DNA of 64,000 nucleotides from a virus (IMGVR_UViG_3300028048_000055:32001-96000), one strand, 5' to 3'. Positions 10,481 to 17,537 are shown, counted from the first letter of the stretch. Made by a program: numbers and translations. The notes: generated by a model from the sequence alone, not told the origin.

Positions 10481-10542
10481 AATCAACGTAAAAACGAAAA
10501 ATGAAAAAAAGTTTTTATATATAATATAAAATGAGGATGAAA

Positions 10543-10605
10543 ATGCAATTAGTAATAACAACAAACATGACACCAGTCAATAATCCAAAGGTAACTTTCG
10601 ATTAG
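10543..10605 (+). CDS. attenuator leader peptide 1 (MQLVITTNMTPVNNPKVTFD)
   Basis: GAGGA SD; T/N/V/P/M-rich; followed by a terminator and Asn/Thr/Met/Pro/Val tRNAs. Confidence 0.8.
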   Translation: MQLVITTNMTPVNNPKVTFD

Positions 10606-10631
10606 TTTGTTTCATTACTCGATTTCATTTG

Positions 10632-10666
10632 AATCCTGTATGAGACAAACTCAAACAGGATTTTTT
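10632..10666 (+). terminator. attenuator terminator 1
   Basis: AATCCTGT/ACAGGATT stem plus T tract; competing pairing 10604-10615 with 10640-10651. Confidence 0.8.
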
Positions 10667-10680
10667 AATTTTCCTTTTAT

Positions 10681-10994
10681 TGTTCCATAGCTCAGTTGGT
10701 AGAGCGACGGACTGTTTGAAATAGACACTTATATTGGAAACGATATATGAAAATCATCGCTAAGTCGGTGAAACCTGTAAAATGGCAACGCCGAGCAAGG
10801 ATTAGAAATAATCTATGTGTAGAGACTTTATACGATGAGCCTAAGTCAGTAATGATATGGCTAAGACAAAGTCCAGACTACAAACGAGTGTCCAATTTGC
10901 GCGGTGGGGGGCTTAACACCCATGCGGATGCTTGGTAACGAAAGTTATAGTAGTATGAATCCGTTGGTCCCTGGTTCGAGTCCAGGTGGAACAG
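10681..10994 (+). tRNA. tRNA-Asn(GTT), interrupted by a group I intron
   Basis: exons 10681-10716 and 10958-10994 rebuild the cloverleaf (ACGGA-CTGTTAA-TCCGT; TGTTCCA/TGGAACA). Confidence 0.9.
10717..10957 (+). mobile_element. group I intron (no ORF) in the tRNA-Asn anticodon loop
   Basis: P/Q/R/S-like core (TCGGTGAAAC, GGCAACGCCGAGCAAG, GTAGAGACT, AAGACAAAGTCC); U before the 5' splice site and terminal G. Confidence 0.85.
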
Positions 10995-11135
10995 CTAACA
11001 CTTAGACAGTAATTGTTCATTGTTACAACGTTATTGTTACGCACGATGAAATTCATGCAAGTTTGGAATCGACAATATTTTGTTAATTCTGGGTAAAGTT
11101 TCAATGAATAGCGGGTGATTATTATCTAAGTAGAT

Positions 11136-11208
11136 GCTGATGTAGCACAGCTGGTAGTGCAGCGGCTTTGTAATCCGCAGGTCGGGGGTTCGGATCCCTC
11201 CATCAGCG
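11136..11208 (+). tRNA. tRNA-Thr(TGT)
   Basis: cloverleaf, loop TTTGTAA. Confidence 0.9.
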
Positions 11209-11398
11209 CTAAAAATATTGTTAGGCGTTATTTAGAAGCTGCAGACTCTTTATAATGCTAAGCCGGGTGCAGCAACGGGATGTCAGCTGCGGGAAGAGCT
11301 GGTATAATCAGAGACCTCCAGTAACAATATAATTTTTACATTAGGTGGTAGTCCACTAGGAAGTTGGATCTCCTTTAAACCAACAAAAGAGAATTTAT

Positions 11399-11482
11399 CG
11401 CGGGATAGTCTAATGGTAAGATATTGGGCTCATAACCCAAGGACTGGTAAAGCTTGTCTCGGTTCGACTCCGAGTCCCGCTA
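11399..11482 (+). tRNA. tRNA-Met(CAT), initiator-like, long variable region
   Basis: unpaired 1:72, GGG/CCC anticodon stem, loop CTCATAA. Confidence 0.8.
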
Positions 11483-11521
11483 TAGTTTAGAGCAGTGGTT
11501 AGCTTATATTATAAATATTAT

Positions 11522-12280
11522 ATGGAATTAAAAATAAAACATATATGTAAATTTTGTAATATGGAGTTTACTACTGGGGCACAATTAGGAACACATATTT
11601 CTAAACAATGTCTTAAAAATCCAAATAGAGGAATACAAAAGAATTCTAAAATTTGGAAATGTTCAATTTGTGGTAATGATTTTCTTTCACGAAGAAGATT
11701 ACAACAGCATCGCAAAGATGAACATATTAACGAAATTAAAAGCAAATACTATGGGTATCATCCGATATTGAATATACCTTGTCAATTTTGCGGTTTAATT
11801 TGTAAAAGAGCTCGTGATTTAACAAGACATGAAAAATTTTGCAAAGAAAACCCAAATAAACAAATTTGGCAAGGACATAAAACTTCGGATGAAACTAAAA
11901 AGAAATTATCAGAAGCGGCTATTAAAAATCTTAGTGGTACACATTGTAATTGGTTAAATAAAAAGAAATCTTATGCTGAAGAATATTTTGAAACTATATT
12001 TACAAATGCTGAATCACAATATCAAGTTGGAAGATACGTATTAGATTTTGCATGGACTAAATCAAAAATTTATATTGAAGTTGATGGTGAACAGCATTAT
12101 ACTAAAGAAGGTATCGAACACGATAAGATTAGGACAGAATTTTTAATAGAAAATGGTTGGAGACTTTTAAAAAGAATTAGATGGTCTGAATTTCAAAAAC
12201 TTTCTAAAGCTGAACGTGAAAATGAAATTTATAGATTATTACAGACTATCAAAATTCAAGAAGAAACTAAAACGTTATGA
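11522..12280 (+). CDS. Zn-finger + NUMOD3-like + DUF559/Vsr-like putative homing endonuclease
   Basis: C2H2/CxxC repeats, HKTSDETKKKLS, LDFAW...IEVDGEQHY; TATAAATA-N4-ATG. Confidence 0.8.
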   Translation: MELKIKHICKFCNMEFTTGAQLGTHISKQCLKNPNRGIQKNSKIWKCSICGNDFLSRRRLQQHRKDEHINEIKSKYYGYHPILNIPCQFCGLICKRARDLTRHEKFCKENPNKQIWQGHKTSDETKKKLSEAAIKNLSGTHCNWLNKKKSYAEEYFETIFTNAESQYQVGRYVLDFAWTKSKIYIEVDGEQHYTKEGIEHDKIRTEFLIENGWRLLKRIRWSEFQKLSKAERENEIYRLLQTIKIQEETKTL

Positions 12281-12318
12281 TCGTAGTCGGTCGGTGGTGG
12301 AACCACCTAAAAAACTTG

Positions 12319-12392
12319 CGGAGTGTAGCTCAGCCTGGTAGAGCATCTGCTTTGGGAGCAGAGGGTCGTGAGTTCGAATCTCGCTACTCCGA
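12319..12392 (+). tRNA. tRNA-Pro(TGG)
   Basis: canonical cloverleaf. Confidence 0.92.
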
Positions 12393-12395
12393 TAA

Positions 12396-12458
12396 AAGAC
12401 ATAGGAAGTTCCTATTAATGAATATTTTTTAGGCAAATAAAATTATACTTCCCGTCTT
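12396..12458 (+). ncRNA. UCCUAU scaffold copy 1 (TAG anticodon-like stem-loop cargo)
   Basis: AAGAC-ATA-GGAAGT-TCCTAT...TAC-TTCC-C-GTCTT. Confidence 0.75.
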
Positions 12459-12460
12459 AA

Positions 12461-12535
12461 CTCTCCTTCGCCTAGCTGGTCATGGCACTTGCCTTACAAG
12501 CAAGCAAAACCTTGGTTCAAATCCAAGAGGGGAGA
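12461..12535 (+). tRNA. tRNA-Val(TAC)
   Basis: cloverleaf, loop CTTACAA. Confidence 0.85.
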
Positions 12536-12541
12536 TAAAAA

Positions 12542-12660
12542 TATAGCATAGGTAGTTCCTATTACTAAGCGTATAGCTCAACTGGTGGAGCAGTTACCGA
12601 AAGGTAAAAGGTTGTCGGTTCGAATCCGATTGTGCTTGCCATTCGATACTACCCGCTATA
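12542..12660 (+). ncRNA. UCCUAU scaffold copy 2 carrying an anticodon-less tRNA mimic (GAAA loop, CCA end)
   Basis: TATAGC-ATA-GGTAGT-TCCTAT...TAC-TACC-C-GCTATA enclosing tRNA-like 12567-12641. Confidence 0.8.
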
Positions 12661-12670
12661 AGGGTTTAAC

Positions 12671-12739
12671 GGCATAAGACGTTCCTATTTAGCTCATGTG
12701 AGCGTTTGATTGATATTCAAAAGGTTATTACGTCTCGCC
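12671..12739 (+). ncRNA. UCCUAU scaffold copy 3 (mini D-arm + GAT/Ile anticodon arm)
   Basis: GGC-ATA-AGACGT-TCCTAT...TAC-GTCT-C-GCC; TTTGA-TTGATAT-TCAAA. Confidence 0.8.
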
Positions 12740-12796
12740 AAACTTTTAACAAAAAGAGAACAAACAAAAACATAAATAAACAAAAGAGAAAATAAA

Positions 12797-12862
12797 ATGA
12801 CTTACGTTATGAACACAAATAATACCAACCCTAATAATAACCCTGAGGTTCTACAGGATTAG
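12797..12862 (+). CDS. attenuator leader peptide 2 (MTYVMNTNNTNPNNNPEVLQD)
   Basis: 7 Asn, 3 Thr, 2 Pro; precedes a terminator and Asn/Pro/Thr tRNAs. Confidence 0.85.
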   Translation: MTYVMNTNNTNPNNNPEVLQD

Positions 12863-12894
12863 TTTTGTTTCATAACTTGATGAATTTTTAAACT

Positions 12895-12934
12895 GGATCC
12901 TGTAAGATATTAGAACTTACAGGATTTCTTTTTT
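12895..12934 (+). terminator. attenuator terminator 2
   Basis: ATCCTGTAAG/CTTACAGGAT plus T tract; TACAGGATTAGTTT over the stop codon competes. Confidence 0.85.
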
Positions 12935-12936
12935 AT

Positions 12937-13021
12937 TCTAGTGTACCCGAGTTGGTAGCAGGGGGAGGACTGTTAATCCTTTGGCGAAAGCCCGTCGCAC
13001 GTCCGAGTCGTGCCACTAGAG
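12937..13021 (+). tRNA. tRNA-Asn(GTT) with long variable arm
   Basis: TCTAGTG/CACTAGA acceptor, loop CTGTTAA, GGC-GAAA-GCC extra arm. Confidence 0.8.
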
Positions 13022-13030
13022 CTAAATTAT

Positions 13031-13114
13031 TGGTAGGTACCCGAGTGGTAGCAGGGGGCGGCCTGTTAAGCCGTTGGCGAAAGCCCGTCGTTGGTTCGAA
13101 TCCAACGTGGACAG
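13031..13114 (+). tRNA. tRNA-Asn(GTT), poorly paired acceptor stem (possible pseudo-tRNA)
   Basis: D, anticodon and T arms intact; TGGTAGG/GTGGACA mismatched. Confidence 0.6.
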
Positions 13115-13123
13115 CTAAAATAT

Positions 13124-13203
13124 TGTCTTGTGGCGGAATTGGTAAACGCACTGCACTGTTAATGCAGCACTTCGGTTTGTAGGTTCGATGCCTACCAAGA
13201 CAG
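13124..13203 (+). tRNA. tRNA-Asn(GTT)
   Basis: TGTCTTG/CAAGACA acceptor, loop CTGTTAA. Confidence 0.8.
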
Positions 13204-13213
13204 TTAGATAAAA

Positions 13214-13286
13214 CAGAATGTAGCTCAGATGGCAGAGCGCACCGTTCGGGGCGGTGAGGCCGGAGGATCGTAACCTCTCATTCTGA
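13214..13286 (+). tRNA. tRNA-Pro(CGG)
   Basis: CACCG-TTCGGGG-CGGTG. Confidence 0.8.
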
Positions 13287-13294
13287 TAAAATAA

Positions 13295-13367
13295 CAGGGT
13301 GTAGGCTAGTTGGTTAGTCGCATGGCCTGGGACCATGTTCACGCAAGTTCGAATCTTGCCACCCTGA
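13295..13367 (+). tRNA. tRNA-Pro(TGG) with C33
   Basis: CATGG-CCTGGGA-CCATG. Confidence 0.75.
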
Positions 13368-13403
13368 TACAACCGAGCACTCTGACTGTATTATAAATAT
13401 AAT

Positions 13404-14039
13404 ATGAATGAATATATATGTAAATTTTGCGGTAAGATTTGTAAAAACATAAATTCTTTAAAAAATCATGAAAGATTATGTAAATTAAATCCTAATAGAC
13501 AAATATCGCCATTTGTAAAATATAATGCAGAGCATGAAACAAGTTGGAATAAAGGGCTTACAAAAGAAAATGATGAAAGAGTTAAGCAAATGGCTGAAAC
13601 TATGAGTCAAAAAATAAGAGCAGGCCTAATACATAACTATGATCATCAAAAAGTATGGACAGAAGAACGTAGAAAAGCACAATCTGAAAGGAAAAAGAAA
13701 TTTTATGAAGAACACCCAGAAAAGCATCCTAATAGCTTAGTAGCTGGTGCACTTAATAAAATGACATATCCTGAAAAATTAGTTACTGAATATTTAAAAG
13801 AACATAATATAACAGCAGAACATAATTGGTATTTTAAAACAGAAAAATTTACAAGATATATAGATTTTTATATAGATGAATTAAAATTATTTATTGAAGT
13901 TGATGGAGAATATTGGCACAAAGATAAACAAAAAGATATTGATAAAGATAATGATGCATTAATGTATGGTTATAAAACATTAAGGTTAAAACCAAAAACA
14001 GTTATAACACAATTAAATGAATTTTTTAATATGGCATAG
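13404..14039 (+). CDS. Zn-finger + DUF559/Vsr-like putative homing endonuclease
   Basis: YICKFCGK...HERLC, WNKGLTKE, IDFY...IEVDGEYWH. Confidence 0.8.
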   Translation: MNEYICKFCGKICKNINSLKNHERLCKLNPNRQISPFVKYNAEHETSWNKGLTKENDERVKQMAETMSQKIRAGLIHNYDHQKVWTEERRKAQSERKKKFYEEHPEKHPNSLVAGALNKMTYPEKLVTEYLKEHNITAEHNWYFKTEKFTRYIDFYIDELKLFIEVDGEYWHKDKQKDIDKDNDALMYGYKTLRLKPKTVITQLNEFFNMA

Positions 14040-14098
14040 GAAGTTCCTATTAGCTCAATGAGCATTTGATTGTTAATCAAAAGGTTTTACTTCCCGCC
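14033..14098 (+). ncRNA. UCCUAU scaffold copy 4 (mini D-arm + GTT/Asn anticodon arm)
   Basis: GGC-ATA-GGAAGT-TCCTAT...TAC-TTCC-C-GCC; TTTGA-TTGTTAA-TCAAA. Confidence 0.8.
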
Positions 14099-14109
14099 TA
14101 AATTTTTTA

Positions 14110-14180
14110 GCTTCTATAATTCAATGGTAAAATGCCGGTTTAGTAGTCCGGATTTCTTGGTTCGAGTCCAGGTGGAAGCG
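14110..14180 (+). tRNA. tRNA-Thr(AGT)
   Basis: GCTTCTA/TGGAAGC acceptor; loop TTAGTAG. Confidence 0.7.
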
Positions 14181-14222
14181 TAAAAATCTAAACTTCTGCT
14201 CTACCGAATTTATAAATATAAT

Positions 14223-14882
14223 ATGGAAGAAAATTATATTTGTAAATTTTGTGGGAAACAATGTAAAAATGCTAATTCTTTACGAAATCACGAAAGATTT
14301 TGTAAAGAAAACCCTGAACACCAAGAATCTCCATGGATAAAATTTAATCATGAACGAGGCGCTTGGAATAAAGGATTAACTAAAGATACGGATGAACGTA
14401 TTAAAAAACGTAGCGAAACATTTTCAAAACGCTATAAAGGCACTGAAGAAGGGAAACGAATTTTTAGTCATCCGCAATCTGAAGAACATAAACAAAAAAT
14501 GCGTAAAATTGCAACAGAAAGACATTGGGGCGGTTGGCATACCTCAAAATCTATTGAATTTAATGGTATAAATTTAGATTCTAGTTATGAAGTTGAAGTA
14601 GCAAATCAACTTAATGAAAATAAAATAAAATGGGAAAGACCTACTTATTTTCTATGGGAAGATACTAATGGAGTAAAACATCGTTATTATCCTGATTTTT
14701 ATCTTCCAGAATATAATGTATATCTTGACCCAAAAAATGATTATTTAATAAATAATAAATCTAAAAAATTTGGTATTACTGATGTTGAAAAAATAATGAA
14801 AGTTGAACAACAAAATGGAATACGTATAATTATTTTAGATAAAGATAATTTAACATGGGAAAACATTAAAGAAAAGATTTAA
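14223..14882 (+). CDS. Zn-finger + PD-(D/E)xK putative homing endonuclease
   Basis: same N-terminal Zn finger as 13404; DSSYE...YYPDFYL...DPK. Confidence 0.75.
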   Translation: MEENYICKFCGKQCKNANSLRNHERFCKENPEHQESPWIKFNHERGAWNKGLTKDTDERIKKRSETFSKRYKGTEEGKRIFSHPQSEEHKQKMRKIATERHWGGWHTSKSIEFNGINLDSSYEVEVANQLNENKIKWERPTYFLWEDTNGVKHRYYPDFYLPEYNVYLDPKNDYLINNKSKKFGITDVEKIMKVEQQNGIRIIILDKDNLTWENIKEKI

Positions 14883-14886
14883 GTTA

Positions 14887-14914
14887 GTCGGGAGTTCGAA
14901 TCTCTCACCAGGCG
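14887..14914 (+). pseudogene. orphan 3' half of a tRNA
   Basis: GGGAG-TTCGAAT-CTCTC T arm plus ACCAGGCG; no 5' half nearby. Confidence 0.55.
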
Positions 14915-14981
14915 TATCAATGAGAAAGGGTTGACATTTGTCGACCTTTTTTCTATATTAAAAGAAAAAGGAAATATAATA

Positions 14982-15902
14982 ATGTTTAAGAAAATTATCG
15001 ATAAAATTGAACAAGCAACCATCAATTATACGATTAAGCATAGGAAGCCATTTACTTATTACTTGAATAGACCTGACGGAAAACGTTGTAAAACCCGTCA
15101 TACATCCTTTAATGCACAGTCAAAGTATTTCTATGACGATAAAGGTCGTGAAATTGCATGGATATATTCTAATAACGGGAAAATAACTAGTTGTACTACT
15201 TACGAATATAAAAATAACGAGAGTAATGAACAAAGTAAGCGTTGGAAGCGTGAATTTAAAATTGTTGATAATAAGCGTGTTTTAATCGAAGATTCGTTAG
15301 TTGTTTACAATGATGATGGTACATATACTGTTACAGAAAACGGTATTACGACAACAAAACATATTATTAAGCCTACGGTTATTAAAGATAATAATGGCAA
15401 TATTATTGAAGAAAAATCATTTGACCCTGATGAAAATGAAGATTTTCATGCTGTAATGTCATATGACGAACAAAATAGATTAATTCGTAAAGTAACAACA
15501 TATACAGTCAATAATGTGATTAAAAACAAATATATTGATGAAAATGCATATGATGCTGAAGGCCATATTATAAAACATACATGGTATATGAATACTGATT
15601 ATGGTACTGATGAAAGTACTACTATTGACTATAATGTATATGACAAGAAAAATCGTTTAGTTAAATGCTGTTCACATACATCTTATAATAGAGCTTGTTT
15701 GGGTAAGCATAAGTATATAGATACTACATATTATAAGTATGATGAAAAAAATAATGCTGAAATAACTTTACATGAATATACTAATTGGTTATCTAAGTGT
15801 TATGATAAAACTGTAACATTGCCAAATGGTTATACTGTTGAATCCCATTGGGATCTTCCGGTTTGGCCTGATAAGTTGCGTCGATTCTTTGGAGCATATT
15901 AA
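14982..15902 (+). CDS. YD/RHS-like repeat protein
   Basis: repeated Y-D-x-x-G/N-R motifs. Confidence 0.6.
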   Translation: MFKKIIDKIEQATINYTIKHRKPFTYYLNRPDGKRCKTRHTSFNAQSKYFYDDKGREIAWIYSNNGKITSCTTYEYKNNESNEQSKRWKREFKIVDNKRVLIEDSLVVYNDDGTYTVTENGITTTKHIIKPTVIKDNNGNIIEEKSFDPDENEDFHAVMSYDEQNRLIRKVTTYTVNNVIKNKYIDENAYDAEGHIIKHTWYMNTDYGTDESTTIDYNVYDKKNRLVKCCSHTSYNRACLGKHKYIDTTYYKYDEKNNAEITLHEYTNWLSKCYDKTVTLPNGYTVESHWDLPVWPDKLRRFFGAY

Positions 15903-15904
15903 TC

Positions 15905-16507
15905 ATGACAGAATTACTGATTATCGCAAGTGTAATTACGGTTACAGTAATTCTTAGTTATTATTTCGGTATTCAGCTTTTATATAAGTATAGAAAAGGA
16001 ATAACGAAGATTCTTGGACTTATTACATTTATTTCTGTTATCGGATATGGAATGTATAAAGATTATCAAGACGAAAAAATTCTTGAAAATGTACTTACTG
16101 AAGTAACAACTGAAATTAATAGCACAGATAGAAGTATGTTAACTGATGATGGTTTTCATGAATTTGTGGAACATTTTGTTATGAAGAAAAACGACGTAAA
16201 TTTTAAAGTCGTTCCACAAATTGATACAGCAATTTTGAAAATCAATAAAGTCTACCAGAATGTACTTAATGACCCTGATTATAAGATTCTTATAACGAGC
16301 GCAAATGATTCGAAGTCACATTCGAAAAATTCTGCACATTATCGTGGTGAAGCAGTAGATATTCGTATCAAGAATATTGATCGACATTCGAAGAATGAAA
16401 TTATATCTACAGTTAAAGAAATTCTTGGAGATAGATTTTTCATATTGCATGAAGATCGAGGAAAACCCAATGAACATTTACATATTCAATTAAAAAATAA
16501 GGGTTGA
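15905..16507 (+). CDS. membrane-anchored peptidase M15-like Zn peptidase
   Basis: two N-terminal TM segments; SAHYRGEAVDIR and HLHIQ motifs. Confidence 0.75.
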   Translation: MTELLIIASVITVTVILSYYFGIQLLYKYRKGITKILGLITFISVIGYGMYKDYQDEKILENVLTEVTTEINSTDRSMLTDDGFHEFVEHFVMKKNDVNFKVVPQIDTAILKINKVYQNVLNDPDYKILITSANDSKSHSKNSAHYRGEAVDIRIKNIDRHSKNEIISTVKEILGDRFFILHEDRGKPNEHLHIQLKNKG

Positions 16508-16532
16508 CAAAGAGAATATAATTTACTATATT
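16504..16532 (+). promoter_or_regulatory. promoter of the scaffold/tRNA-mimic unit
   Basis: TTGACA-N17-TATATT. Confidence 0.75.
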
Positions 16533-16539
16533 TAACATC

Positions 16540-16608
16540 GTTAAAGCAAAGAATGTTCCTATTAATATCAAATTATTTTTAGCAGATGACAATACATTCC
16601 GCTTTAAC
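16540..16608 (+). ncRNA. UCCUAU scaffold copy 5
   Basis: GTTAAAGC-AAA-GAATGT-TCCTAT...TAC-ATTC-C-GCTTTAAC. Confidence 0.75.
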
Positions 16609-16612
16609 AATT

Positions 16613-16734
16613 CGACGAGTAGCTCAATTGGTAGAGCACATGTTTTTTATACCAACCGCTACTTGGCAAACTTGGTTCCTATTAATTATGGAATAGGTCC
16701 ATGGGGGTTGTAGGTTCGAGTCCTACCTTCCCGG
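16613..16734 (+). ncRNA. tRNA-like RNA with a circularly permuted UCCUAU scaffold (copy 6) in place of the anticodon loop
   Basis: D arm and T arm flank TACCAAC-C-GCTA-CT-TGGC-AAA-CTTGGT-TCCTAT. Confidence 0.65.
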
Positions 16735-16748
16735 TTATAAAAAATTTA

Positions 16749-16910
16749 TCGCTGAATGCTCTATCGTCTAGTGGTTTAGGACAGCCGGGGGTTAAACCGG
16801 TGAACAGTGGGTTCGAATCCCCTTAGAGGTAACTAAATATTGATTGCAGTCAATATATTCTTCAGCGAGAGGTATACTGATTGACGCCTGCAAACGTTGT
16901 GATGTATACC
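16749..16910 (+). ncRNA. tRNA-like module enclosed in a longer structured RNA
   Basis: TCGCTGAA/TTCAGCGA stem encloses a tRNA-like fold with an 8-nt loop; extra hairpins. Confidence 0.5.
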
Positions 16911-16941
16911 GGCGCTATTAAAAATATTTTAAAAAGAGGGG

Positions 16942-16970
16942 TTGACAAACCAAAAACTTTTTACTATATT
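16942..16970 (+). promoter_or_regulatory. promoter of tRNA block 3
   Basis: TTGACA-N17-TATATT. Confidence 0.75.
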
Positions 16971-17032
16971 TTAATCAAACAAAAAACAAAAACAGGAAAA
17001 AAATTTTTATATATAATATAAAAGGTAACAAA

Positions 17033-17140
17033 ATGAACAAGAACTTTAACATTGAATTCATCGCGATTGCAGCAGAACGTATTGCAGAATTTGCAGAACG
17101 TGTTTTTGCGATTGACAATTCAGTGCACAGGTTCAAGTAA
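17033..17140 (+). CDS. attenuator leader peptide 3 (MNKNFNIEFIAIAAERIAEFAERVFAIDNSVHRFK)
   Basis: 6 Ala, 5 Ile, 5 Phe, 4 Glu; precedes Glu/Ala/Phe/Val/Ile tRNAs. Confidence 0.85.
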   Translation: MNKNFNIEFIAIAAERIAEFAERVFAIDNSVHRFK

Positions 17141-17170
17141 ACGAAATTACTTAAGGTATGAAGAATTTAC

Positions 17171-17205
17171 GGTTCCTGTGTATAACACAGGGACCTTAAT
17201 TTTTT
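17171..17205 (+). terminator. attenuator terminator 3
   Basis: GGTTCCTGTG/CACAGGGACC plus T-rich tract; GTGCACAGG (17123-17131) competes. Confidence 0.85.
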
Positions 17206-17215
17206 ATATAACTTT

Positions 17216-17289
17216 GGGACTTTAGAATACGTTAGCTAGTTCACCGCCCTTTCACGGCGGAGAATCGGGGGCAGCACCCGGAAGTCCTA
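17216..17289 (+). tRNA. tRNA-Glu(TTC)
   Basis: loop CTTTCAC; atypical T loop (GGCAGCA). Confidence 0.75.
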
Positions 17290-17297
17290 CTAATTTT

Positions 17298-17368
17298 GGG
17301 CTTATGATGTAATGGTAGCATAATAGCTTTGCAAGCTATTTGTTAGGTTTCGAATACCTATAGGTCCA
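17298..17368 (+). tRNA. tRNA-Ala(TGC)
   Basis: G3:U70, loop TTTGCAA. Confidence 0.8.
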
Positions 17369-17377
17369 CTATATTAT

Positions 17378-17451
17378 GCCGCTCAATCCGAATCCAGTGA
17401 TCGGACGGGACTGAAAATCCCAGAAGCTCAGGGCAGCACTGAGGGGCGGCA
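17378..17451 (+). tRNA. tRNA-Phe(GAA)
   Basis: loop CTGAAAA; atypical D and T loops. Confidence 0.7.
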
Positions 17452-17463
17452 CGAAAACATTAT

Positions 17464-17537
17464 GGGCCAGTAGCCTAGTAGGAAAGGCACCGCACCTGCA
17501 ATGCGGAGTTCATGGGTTCGATCCCCATCTGTGTCCA
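17464..17537 (+). tRNA. tRNA-Ala(TGC) with C33
   Basis: G3:U70; CCGCA-CCTGCAA-TGCGG. Confidence 0.8.

Noticed and set aside
10480-10680. T-box riboswitch control of the tRNA blocks
   Set aside because: No T-box AAGGTGGTACC-type motif or stem I is present; SD-led ORFs with matching codons are present instead.
10747-11104. Short ORFs in and after the group I intron
   Set aside because: They overlap intron core motifs and the tRNA exon and show no endonuclease motif.
12933-13372. Track ORFs 12933-13151, 12952-13182 and 13115-13372
   Set aside because: They overlap tRNA genes on one strand or the other and are GC-rich shadow ORFs.
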